The position numbers were made by a program, and so were the translations under genes. The notes under the pieces were generated by a model that had not been told where the DNA came from, did no database searches, and was given only the letters and a program-made list of their open reading frames with translations. Source: a virus (lineage: Duplodnaviria > Caudoviricetes). Taken from it: a stretch of 55,316 bases of DNA. Position 1 is the first letter of the stretch; every line of letters begins with the position of its first letter. Positions 36,039 to 47,700 of this stretch are shown here, piece after piece. The stretch covers positions 1 through 55,316 of the IMG/VR virus record IMGVR_UViG_3300037575_000020. One strand, given 5' to 3'.

Positions 36039-36128
36039 GCGTTACTTTGCTTTATTTGTAAGTCTTTGGCAGTCTTTGCCACCTCACAACACTCAGATAC
36101 CTAGCCATGTTTACATGACTGGGTTTTT
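36039..36128 (+). ncRNA. Candidate small RNA of about 90 nt
   Basis: TGcTATACT extended -10 at 36024-36032, TGGCA/TGCCA hairpin at 36067-36081, terminator at 36099-36128. Confidence 0.4.
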
Positions 36129-36179
36129 CTCGTGTCTAAAATTTATCAAAATCAATGAATCATATATAAGGAGTGGGCT

Positions 36180-36803
36180 ATGTTCGGTTTAGCTGGAATA
36201 GCGTTGGGCATCATATCAGGCAATAAAAATTCTAAAAATGAGAAGAAGGCGAACGACCAGTCCTACCAGATTCAAAAAGAGCAATTAGATTTTGCTAAGG
36301 ACAGATTCGAGCAGGCAGACGTCACTTATACTCCTATCGAAAACTCGCTTGTTTCTATGGCGCTAGACAGCAATAAGCCGCGATACGGTGAGGCCACAAG
36401 CAATGCGATAGGCGATATTAATACGCAGTTTGCTGGTGCCGAAGATGCTCGTAAGAGAAACATGCAGCGCATGGGTGTTAACCCTAACAGCGGCAGAGCT
36501 GACTCAATGGACAGGCAGTTGTCGTTGTCACGCGCAATGGCGCTGGCAGGCGGCATTAATGGTGCCAGAGTACAAGAGCGCGACCGCGCTGATAGCGTAG
36601 GTTGGGAGCGTTTATACAATAGTATGACGTTGGGCGCAAACAAAATGAATGGTACACAAAACAGCCTTACCGAAGCGCAGAATAGCATGGCAGCCACGCG
36701 AGACAGACAGGCTGACTACTACGCTAAAAAATCACAAGCTGGTTACGGTATGGCTGGTCAGATTGCTGGTATGGGTTTATCTGCAATGATGGGAGGTATG
36801 TAA
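36180..36803 (+). CDS. Internal virion (DNA ejection) protein
   Basis: G/A/M-rich amphipathic termini, R.MQRMGVNP.SG motif; position before the other ejection proteins. Confidence 0.72.
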   Translation: MFGLAGIALGIISGNKNSKNEKKANDQSYQIQKEQLDFAKDRFEQADVTYTPIENSLVSMALDSNKPRYGEATSNAIGDINTQFAGAEDARKRNMQRMGVNPNSGRADSMDRQLSLSRAMALAGGINGARVQERDRADSVGWERLYNSMTLGANKMNGTQNSLTEAQNSMAATRDRQADYYAKKSQAGYGMAGQIAGMGLSAMMGGM

Positions 36804-36804
36804 T

Positions 36805-38766
36805 ATGTCAGCACTTGATGGATTGGCTCAATTTGGTTTAAGCATGACCAATAGCTATTTGGCGAACAAAGAGAAGCTTGACGCTAAAAAAGCCGCTGAA
36901 GAAGAAAAGCAGTATCAGCGTGGGCGCGAAAAGGTTTCAGATCTTCGTGCTCAAGAGCAGTTTGACATGGAAAAAAGCAGCGCACAAATCAAGTTGAAAA
37001 ATGAGCAGCAAGGCGCAGCTGACATTGACGACGAGCGAGGCTATAAGCAGGCTTACAATCAGTATGAGTATAGTCGGTCGGTTGGTGATACCAATGGCGC
37101 GATTAATGCAATTATCAGTGGCACTAATAGTAATAGTAAAATTCCTTTCAAGGTTGATGTTGAGCGCGATGAAACTGGAAAACCAGTAGAGCGTAAAGAC
37201 GAAAAAGGTAATGTTTATTATCATCAAAACGTCTACGACAAAGATACTGGCGAGCTGATGAGCACTAGCACAACTACCGCAGACGGCCTGCTAGAAAGCT
37301 TTAATAAGCTTGAAAACGCAAGTGAGATTGCAGCCGCCAATGCTGCTTATGCAGCTGCTAAGAAAAAGAAGCAAGAAGAAGATCAAAGCGCGCTATCTTT
37401 ATACACCGCCAAAAAAGGCGTCGATGTTCGTGCTGATGGCATAAAAGCTGAACGCGATCATATCTACAAAATTGATGAAATGGGCGTCAAGCATGGGTAT
37501 ACCATCGACGAGCTTGGTATCAAACATGGATACACCATCGATCTCGAAGGTATCAAGCACGCCAATGCAGTTGATTTATCCAACGTAAATGCTCAAAACA
37601 ACATTGGTATTCGTACCGCGCAGTCAGACCTTGATGCAGGTGGTACGCCTATTGTTGGTGGTGGTGACGATATTCAATCCATTATCAATTCACTCACTGG
37701 CACAGAGAGCAGTGGTAATAGTGCAGCCTTTCGTACCAATACTGACGGTAGAAATTTTGGTGGCTTAATACAGATGGGTGATGCGCGTTTGCAAGACTAC
37801 GCTAACGCCACAGGAACAAGGCCAATTACAGCAACTCAGTTTAAAAACCTGCCAGCAGCACAGCAGCGTGCAGTTAATGAGTGGCACGTTAGTGATTTGA
37901 CAAAAGCAGCACAAGCTACTGGCGCGGTTGGCAAGGTAATTAACGGTGTGCCAGTGACGCTTAGTGGGTTGGTTGCCGTCGGTCATCTTGGTGGCAAAGG
38001 TGGCATGAATAAGTTTGTGCAAACCAACGGCAGATACAACCCTAAAGACCAGCTAGGTACCTCGCTTACTGACTACCTATCAAAGCACAGCTCAGGCCCT
38101 ATACAAGTACAGCGCTCAGTACCAGGCGTACCGAAAGCCGCTAAAGGTAGCAAGACAACACAAGCGCAATCGGGCGAAGGCATTACAAACACAAAAAGCT
38201 ATAACGCTAATATCGACAAGGGTGTTAATACTGCCTTGAAAGGCGTTAAGAGTCTTGGAATAAAGTCAGATGCCGCAACGACTGCGACGTTTGCACGTGC
38301 TGGCACGAAACTAAAAGAGATGGGCAAAGCGCAAAACGAGCAAGAGTTTTTAGGTCTGTATCAAGAAGCGTTTGATTTGGTGATCGGTGCTGTACCCGAA
38401 CGCGCCCGTAAGAATATGGGTAAGGCTGATCAAAATGCATTAGGCCATAAGGTGCTGCTATCAATGGTAGGTGCTTCTTCTCTTGGCAATCTAAAAGAGA
38501 TTGTCTATCGCATCAACCCAGCAGCCAGAAGTGGCGGCAGCGTGACCGCAGGCGGCTTAACCTTGCCCGGTCGGCAGGCACCAAAAGGTGCTGCAAATTC
38601 TGGTTGGAGGTCAATAAGCAAAGAGGAGTTTGTTGGAGCATCAACACCGCAAACTGGTAAGCTGCAAGCGCTGTACTCGCGTGGATTGACGCCACCAAAA
38701 ATCGATCCAGCAGCCGCAGAAAGCTTTGATTATATGAACAACTTAAACGACAACATGGACTGGTAG
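36805..38766 (+). CDS. Internal virion protein with lytic transglycosylase-like domain
   Basis: TESSGN...GLIQMG motif near 37700-37780; KHGYTID repeats. Confidence 0.72.
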   Translation: MSALDGLAQFGLSMTNSYLANKEKLDAKKAAEEEKQYQRGREKVSDLRAQEQFDMEKSSAQIKLKNEQQGAADIDDERGYKQAYNQYEYSRSVGDTNGAINAIISGTNSNSKIPFKVDVERDETGKPVERKDEKGNVYYHQNVYDKDTGELMSTSTTTADGLLESFNKLENASEIAAANAAYAAAKKKKQEEDQSALSLYTAKKGVDVRADGIKAERDHIYKIDEMGVKHGYTIDELGIKHGYTIDLEGIKHANAVDLSNVNAQNNIGIRTAQSDLDAGGTPIVGGGDDIQSIINSLTGTESSGNSAAFRTNTDGRNFGGLIQMGDARLQDYANATGTRPITATQFKNLPAAQQRAVNEWHVSDLTKAAQATGAVGKVINGVPVTLSGLVAVGHLGGKGGMNKFVQTNGRYNPKDQLGTSLTDYLSKHSSGPIQVQRSVPGVPKAAKGSKTTQAQSGEGITNTKSYNANIDKGVNTALKGVKSLGIKSDAATTATFARAGTKLKEMGKAQNEQEFLGLYQEAFDLVIGAVPERARKNMGKADQNALGHKVLLSMVGASSLGNLKEIVYRINPAARSGGSVTAGGLTLPGRQAPKGAANSGWRSISKEEFVGASTPQTGKLQALYSRGLTPPKIDPAAAESFDYMNNLNDNMDW

Positions 38767-38773
38767 AGACAAT

Positions 38774-41700
38774 ATGAGCTTAAACGATAAATTATTCAGC
38801 ATTGCTAGTTCAGCCGTTGAGAAGCAGCGCAAAACTCGTGATAGCCGCAGTGCGGTATCAAAAGGTTTTGATGTGGCCACCAATAAAAGCTACTCGAATG
38901 AAGATAAGAAAGTGGCAGCCAAAGCCTTGCGCGAGTGGGAAAATAAAACTTGGAAGCCAAAGGTTGAGGCCAAACTCAAGCAAGAGCTAAAAGCGCGTGC
39001 GCCTCACTTAAAGCCGGGCAGCCCAAAATACAATCAGACTTATGAAAGCCTATTCAATAAAAACTATAAAGACCTGCAGGCCGCCAAAGCGGAAGCACAA
39101 CAAAAAATTGGTACGCTACGCAAGCCTAAGCAAACGCAGCGCGAGCTTGATAATGAGTACCGCACCAATGAGTCTATCCGTAATGACACCGTAGGTGTTC
39201 AAGCCGCCTCACATGCAGCGCGTGACACAGTGTCAGCCGTAGGCGGTGCGCTTGCTACTGGCACATCACGCTTACTACGTGCGCCATTACAGCTTGCCGC
39301 TGACGTGGGCGACAATGACGACGGTGGTATCTTTGACCGTGGCGCAAAAGCGCTAGAGAGCTATGAAGATGATATATCTAATAACGTCTATCAGGCGTAT
39401 GGCGATATTCAGCAGAACGGCAACTTCTCACAAAAGCTTGCTGTATCAGCCGTTGAGCAGGTGCCAGCGCTTGCTGCTAGTTTTGGGGCAGCAGGTGTAG
39501 CTGCTAAAGGTGTTCAGGCCGTAGGCGCAGGCGCCAAAGCAACGGCAGCCGCTTCTTATGGTGTGGCTGGCGCGTCTATGTACCCACAAGCTTATCTTGA
39601 TGGTAGCGATAGCACCAAAGATGAGCTGGAAAATGCAACGTCAGAGCAGCTTGCCAGCGCTGAACGCTCGCAAGATATCTACAAAGGCATGTTTGACAAA
39701 AACGTCAAAGCTGGCATGAGTGAGGATGAGGCGCACGCGAAAGCACGCGATCAGACCATCAGTGAAATTGCTGAAGAGTCAGGCGAGAATGTGGGCCTTG
39801 CGACACTAGCACTTAGCATGATGGCGCCAGGCGTCGGCTCATTCACTGCCAACCGAGCTGCTGGTGGTGCGGTTAGTCAATGGGGCCAAAAGGTATTCAA
39901 TAAGCTTGCCGTCAAAGCAGATGCAAGCAAGGTAGCAGGAGCCGCCATTCCTACAGCTGTTGGCGCTGGCATTGTGGGGTTAAACGTCGCTGAGGAAGGC
40001 TTGCAAGAAGGTTATACCGACTTAGTGGCGCAGCAAGCGGCTGTCGATGTGGGTGTCAAAGAAGAAATAGACAGAGCGCAAAGCACCGAAGCTGTCCTGA
40101 TGGGCGGTATTTTAGGCGGCTTAATGGGCGGTGGCACCTATATCGGTACGCGTAATTCAAAACTACAACAAGCGCAAGACGGACTCAAAGTCGCGCAGCA
40201 AAACTATGCTGATATTGCATCAACCATACCGCAGCTACAAGAGCAAATTACAGCTGTGTCGCCACGCTCAGCAGAAGGTCAGGCGCTAATCACACAGTTA
40301 GAGCAGACCAAATCAGCGCTTAATGCTATGGCAAGTGATGCTGAGAGTCGCGGTATTCCTCGCACGTCGCTGGCACGTCGCGCACCACGTATTGACCCAA
40401 GTAACAGTATCGATCAAGAATTTGACGGTCAAGTCGATGGTGCAACTGAGATTGACGAACAAGGTTTTGATGCTGCATTAAATCCGCAAGGCACGCCAGC
40501 CGCGCCAGTACAACCAGTCGTTGACAGTCAACCTAGCGAGCAAGAGCTTGACGCGCAAGATGCGCAGATCGCTGAGCTTATCGCAGAGCAGCAAGCGCTC
40601 GATGAAGCCATTGACGATGACAGCGCTGGTAAGCCGGTCGAAGAATCTTTAGCAGCCGCGCAAGCATGGTACGACGACAAGCGCGGTGAGAACAAACAAG
40701 GGTTATCAGGCGTCGTGAGCCGAGCAGCTGCTAAGGTTGAAGATGCCGCGTTCGCAGAGCAACAACAAGTGATTGCTGGTACAGGCGCTACTATTAACGA
40801 CTATATAGCGAGTAGGCGCGCTGAGCAGGCGCAGATTGATGCAGAGATCGCACAAGTCGCAGCAGACGCTAAGACGGAGCGCGAACGCCAAGCCGCTGAG
40901 CAATTAAAGCAGAAGCGTGATATAGAGCGTGCAGAAGCAGAAGCCGAGATTGCCAAGCGTGCAGAGCTTGCACAGCCTTATGAGAATGAAGCGTTTGATA
41001 CTACCGTTGTGGGTGCTGATGGTACACCGTTTAACCTAGCAAGGTTCTGGGATAGCAATATGCCAGCCGCTATCAAAGCCAAGGCAATCGCTGATGCGTT
41101 CGGTGGTCAGGTAGAGCAGAATGTCGCAAAGGCAGATTGGGCAAGTTTGCCTGAAGGTGTGCAAAAGCAGTTGCACCAGTGGATGACCGGGCAGCTTGAA
41201 GCGGTACGTCAAAGACGTGAAGCGCAGATTCAGCCGGACCAAGCAGTGCAGGAAGAGCAAAACAAAGCTAGTATCAGTCGTCAGCTTAATGACTCACAGG
41301 TCGCTAGTGGTCTTACTATGCCTGTGCGTGCAGAACAAGCGCCAGCGGCACCAGTAGAGACAGATGCAGCCACACAGTTGACTGATGAAAACCCTACTAT
41401 CAATATTCCGGCACCAGTTTCCGATACATCGTCCGTAGAATTAAATAACAAGCCGTCAGGCAGGCATGCACCTACCAAGACATATGGTCGTGAACCTTGG
41501 GCGTTTATTGGAGAGAATGAGTACGGAATGCCTATCTACCAAAGCCAAAGCGGTGAGCGAATTACCCAAAAGGCAAGTGGTGACTTCTTAGGCGCTGAAA
41601 CAGTTAATCCAGAAACTTACAAGGTCGATCCTAAAGAGCTTGCGAAAGAACACTATACAGTATCCGAAGTTGCTGCAGCTAGAGAGAGATACCAAAAGGT

Positions 41701-44700
41701 TCAGGATCAAAATAAAAAACAAGTAATTAGTGCGCCTCAGCAAGTAGATGCGCTACCTGATGGCGTCTATAAAAGTCAGCCAGCCGCACGCGCTGCTATC
41801 AAGCAGCAAAAACTTAATCCAAAAGAAGCATCTATTGTCAAAGTTGATAATGGGTGGGAGTTAGTAGAATCTACACCAGCCACTAGAGCACAAGCAAGAG
41901 TGGACAGCAAAAACGCAGACAGAAAAGAGCAGGAAGCCGACCAACGATCAGATGACACCGCAATACCTAACAATGATGTCGCTATTGGTAAAGACGGTAA
42001 TGCTAAGTGGTTCGGTAAGCAGGATAAGGCGCAAGCGTTTATTGATAAGAAGGGTATTAGCAATACGCATGAAGTCGTGCAGGCTGGCAAGCGTTTTGAG
42101 ATACAACCGAAGGCGCAAACATCAGGAGCTAGCAAGCAAACCTCGCAACCTACCGATGTATCAATTGAAAACAGAGGTCCTGATACTCAGGAGCTAACCG
42201 CAACAGGCAAGGCTAAGATTACAGGTCAAGCAGGATGGGACGGCAACATTGCCAAGTCTCGTGATTTGGTTCGACAGCTACATGAAGCAGGGTATTTATC
42301 CAAGATTGAAACAGAAAATGCTTTTACAGGAGGTGTTTATACTCTATCGGAAGCTGCTAAGCTGGGATTGAAACGCCAAGATAACCCACCGCCAGTTAAA
42401 AATATTGGTGACAACATTACCGACAAAGGTGGTCGAGAACATAGACTGGTTAGTGTCAATTACAATAAGTCAGGCGGTATAGACAGTGTTAGCACTCAAT
42501 ACTACTCAGAAGCAGACGGCAAATATAAATCCATTCAAGAAAGATCGCTTGGTGATTTTTGGAGAATGTTTGGTGAGCTGGATTTATCTTCTACTGAATC
42601 GGAGCAAGTTAAGGCAACTACCGCCAAGAAGCCTAAACCACTGACTGACGAGCAGTTTGCAGAATTAACCAGCAGTCGCACCACGCCTTCTACACCGACT
42701 GGCGAGCAGTCCGCGCCAGCCAAACGAGCAGCAGCGAAGAAAGGAGTTAAGGAAAACAAGGTATTTGGCGTTGCTCAACAATATTATGAGCCAAAGCAAG
42801 AAAGGCTAACTGTAGAGCCAGGCGATGTTAAGTGGAGAGATAGCTATTCCGATACAAACGCTGTAATAAGACAGCTTGTTAAGAAAGGGTACTTGGAAAA
42901 ATCAGAGTTCGATAATTCCAACAAGGAACATTCGTCGTTAATTGAGTTAGCTATTAAGGGTATCAAGGCGGAGCGCGAAGCTGCTAATATCGCACCTCAA
43001 GCCACTACCGAAAAAACACAAAATGATGTAGCGCCAGAACCCAAAGGACGCTTTGCTGATAACAAGCTATTCACTGAAGATAAGGTAGCAGCGGCACGCG
43101 CTCGCCTAAAATCCAAGCTAACACAGGTCAACTCAGGCCTAGACCCTGAAATACTAATGGACGGCATGACGCTGGCAGGGGCGTACATTGAAAGCGGCGT
43201 TCGTAAGTTTGGTGACTATGCCAAAATGATGATGAGTGATGTAGGGCCAGAGATTAAACCCTACCTACTAACACTGTGGAATGGTGTGCGTGATTACCCT
43301 GGATTAGATAACGAGGGCATGACCAACGAAGTTGATAGTCGTGCTGAGTTTAATAAGTTAATGGCTGAGACTGAGCAGGCAAGCGAACCTACCACGCCAG
43401 CCAAAACCAAACACCCTGAATCCATCGACGTAGGCAACGACAAGCGCCTATTTGTTGGTGAAAACACGGAGGGCGAACCTATCTATGAAGATAAAAACGG
43501 TATAAGATCAAAGCCAGAAGGTAACTTTATGGCAAGCGAGCCAGTAGGTATCAATCTAGGTAGCGAAGGTCCTGCTTATGATGTGAGCCGACGCGCTGAT
43601 AAATTCAAGACAGTGGAAGAGATAAGCGAGAATAACAATGATGACACCGAAGCAGGCACGCAGGATCAAGCAGGAGCGCCGGAAGTACGAGCGCGAGGAA
43701 GTGACCCACAATCAGGAGCTACACCAGCAGATAGTGGAGACGTGGCAACAGAACAGCCCACAAATGACAGCGCGACTGACGAAATTGCAAGTGCTGGACG
43801 ACCTAGCGTTCGTGGTGCAGGAGCGAATGTGGCAGACGAAGGATCAGTACCAAGCCAGCGGAATGCCGAGATCGGACGCGAAGGAACAGGCGACACGCGA
43901 ACATCTAATGCTAGAGCCGGAAAGCGAGCAACAGACAGCGGAACCACTTCACCAGCCGCTACCAAAGCAAGCGCAACCGACCTATTAATTGAAAACCCAC
44001 TAGAGATCGTCGGTGGCACACCAGTACAGCGATTCAATAAAAACCGTGAAGCGCTAGAGCTGCTACAGCGTCTTGAAACAGAAAGTCGCCAAGCCAGCCC
44101 AGCAGAACAAAAGATATTAGCCGGATATATTGGCTGGGGTTCTTTTGGTCAAGAGCTATTTCAAGGTTCATGGGATCATCCTAAATATAAAGACGAGGGC
44201 GTCTGGAAAGATCGCGGTGAATGGTTGCGTGAGACGATGGGCGAGTCTGCCTGGAAGTCAGCACAGCGCTCAATCACCAATGCCCACTATACTGATCCAC
44301 CTACTGTTATGGCGATGTGGGCTATGGTTGAGCGCATAGGCTTTACTGGTGGGCGCGTACTAGAGCCGTCAATGGGTACTGGTAACTTCTTTAGCATGAT
44401 GCCAGCGCAGGTACAATCGCGCAGTCAACTCACTGGTATTGAGCTTGATGAAATGACAGGCTCGATTGCTAAGCAGTTATTCCCACAATCAAACATTCAA
44501 GTCATGGGGTATCAGGAGTCTAAAACGCCTGATAACTTCTATGACGTGGTGATCGGTAACTATCCTTTTGAAAACACACCAGTAGCAGACCGTCGCTACA
44601 ACAAGCTAAACCCAATGCTACACGATTACTTCTTTTTAAAGTCGATGGACCAAGTAAGACCAGGCGGTCTTGTGATTAGTATCACATCGTCCGGCACAAT

Positions 44701-47700
44701 GGATAAGCAGAACGAAGGTATCAGACGCGAACTTGCCAAACAAGCTGACCTAGTGGCTGCTATTCGTTTGCCGTCTGGCGCGTTTAAAGATTATGCTGGT
44801 ACAGCCGTAGTAACCGATATTGTCATCTTGCGCAAGCGTGCCGAGAAAGCCGCTATCGTGCCAGAAGATGCAACATGGGTGGCAGTTAATGATTATGTTA
44901 CCCCATCAGGTGAAACCATCAAGCTGAGCCAATACTATATCGATAACCCTCAAAACATCATTGGTACGATTGATTTTGGCACAGGCACCACTAAATTTGG
45001 TGCAGGCATGATTGTTCGTCGCCCAGACAATATGGAAGAGCGCTTACAACAGGCAATCGACTTGGTGCCTGAGAACGTCATGCAGGCCGACACCACAACC
45101 GACCATCTAACCTACTATGCTAACACAACAGGCGAGCGTCACGGTTCATTGTTCAGCAATGATGCAGGCGAGCTTATGCTTGCTCGCGGTGATCAGATGG
45201 TTAAGGCCCAAGACGTTACCAGTTATGAGGTGAAATCCAAAGCAACGACGCTTGATCGTGAGACTCAGATCAAGGACGCTATTGATTTACGTCAAAAATT
45301 TACCGCACTTGTTGATAAAGAGCGTGCCGGGCAAGAAGCTGAGACAGAACGCAAGGCGTTAAAATCAGCCTACAATGCTTTTGTTAAAAATCACGGCAGT
45401 CTGCGCGACTCTTACGCACTTAAATACATGGATCGCGTCAATGACCCATTCTATTATGACTTAGCAGCACTTGAGCAAGACGACGGCAAGCCAGCTATCA
45501 TTATGAGCAGAAGTACAACACGTGGTAAGGCTGCTATCAAAAACCCAAGTGTGCGTGATGCTTATGTGCTGGCACGTAACAACTCAGTAAACCCCACGTT
45601 AAAAGAGATTGCAGCGCTAACGGATAAGTCTGAGCAAGAAATCCGTAAAGAGCTTAAAGATAGCGGTGCGGTGTTTGAAGGCCCGAACGGTGACATCGTG
45701 CCGTCTGATATTTACTTATCAGGCAACGTGCGCCAAAAACTAAGAGAAGCAGAAGCGGCCCTTAAAGATGGAAATAAGGCGATGAAAGATAACGTCGCTT
45801 CATTAAAAGCCGTTGTGCCTGAAGATGTGCCTTACTTTAATATCGAAACCAAACTAGGTGCAACCTGGATACCGCCAGAAGCCTATCAAGATTATATTGC
45901 TCACATGCTAGGCAAGAGCGACGCGGACAATATAAACGTATCATTTCTATCAGGTCGCTGGAAGGTCAAGCTGGGCAAGGGTATGAACCATGCCGCAGAA
46001 GCGCGCACAAACTACGGCACCCATCATTATCACTTTAGTGCATTGGTTCAGGCCGCCTTTAGTAACCAGGTCGTTCGTATCACAAGAAAGATTGACGGTG
46101 AAGAGGTTTATGACCATGAAGCCACAAGCGAAGCCAATGAGCGTATCGCCAAAATTCGCGGTGACTTTAGCGAGTGGCTGTGGAGTGACCCTGAGCGCCG
46201 AACCGACTTAGAAAAAGAATACAACGAAGCGCGTAATGCTTGGGCCACACCTAAGTATGACGGCAGCTTCTTAACCTTTGAGGGTATGGCGCTATCACTA
46301 GGCAAGGGTGAGTTTAACTTGCGTGAGCACCAAGCCAATGCGATATGGCGTGCTATCGTCAACCGTCGTAGTATTAATGCTCATGAAGTAGGTACTGGTA
46401 AGACGTTTACGATGGGCGGTATCGCTATCGAGTCGCGTCGATATGGTATCGCTAAAAAGCCGATTATCTTTGCTCATAACGCCAACAGCGCAGCGGTAGC
46501 GGAAGAAATCCGCATGATGTACCCATCAGCACGTGTGCTATATGTGAACAACCTTGAGCCTAAATTCCGTGATATTCGTTTGCGTCAAATTGCCAACGAT
46601 GATTGGGATGTTATCGTGATGCCGCACTCTCTTCTTGATCGCATGACATTAACCGAAGATACCTTAATGGCTATGGCGGCTGATGATATTGCCGCACTTG
46701 AGCAAGAGTTTAGAGAAGCTGCTGAAGAAGATGGCGAGAATGTCAGTAAAATCAATCTCGATGATGACGAGTCTATTGGCAAGATTCGCTCTACCACTGC
46801 AAAAGAGTTGGCCAAGTCTCGCAAACGTATCATTGAAACCATCAAAAAGCAGGCCCAGCAATCAAGCAAGGCGAACGCAGTTACTTTTGAGGACTTAGGC
46901 ATCGACATGATCTTAGTCGATGAGGTGCATGAGTTTAAGAAGCCGCCTATTGTGACGCGCATGAAGATGAAAGGCTTGAATACAAGCACGTCGCAACGCT
47001 CTATTCAGATGCAATTTTTAACGCGATATGTTCGTCAGATGAACAATGGCGGTAACGTGCACACCTTTACTGGTACACCTATCACCAATACCATTACTGA
47101 GATTTACCATCAGATGCGCTATGTGATGGAAACGGAAATGAATGAAGCCGCTGTGTCAGATTGGGATGGTTGGTTTGGCTCGTTTGCTACTGAGACACAG
47201 GACGTTGAGTTGTCGAGTGCTGGTGATTATGAAATGGTCACACGCTTAGCAGGCTTTGTGAACGTGCCTGAGTTGCGTCAGATGATCGGTCAGTACATGG
47301 ACACCGTGTTTGCAGAAGATATGCCTGAAATGCAGCCACGTAAAACAGAGTCCGGCAAGACAATGGGTGATGATCTTACCGATCTTGAACGCGCTCATCT
47401 ATTAAATGGCAGAACCGAAGGCGCAAAAGACAGACCGTACAAAAAGGTTATTAACGAGTCTGCAGACATGACCGCAGAACAGAAGCGGATATTTGCACAG
47501 GTGCAAGAGTACGCGGCAGAATGGCGCGACGCTGACGGTAAGACTCGCAGAAAATGGATGAAAGATGGAGATCATCGCTCACCATTAATCTATGGCCGCT
47601 TGGCTGATACCGCTAGTTTTGACGCCCGATTGCTAGACCCTGATTTGGTTGGTAAAGAAGGGCAAGTGCCTGATGACGAGAACAGCAAAACCAGTCGCGT

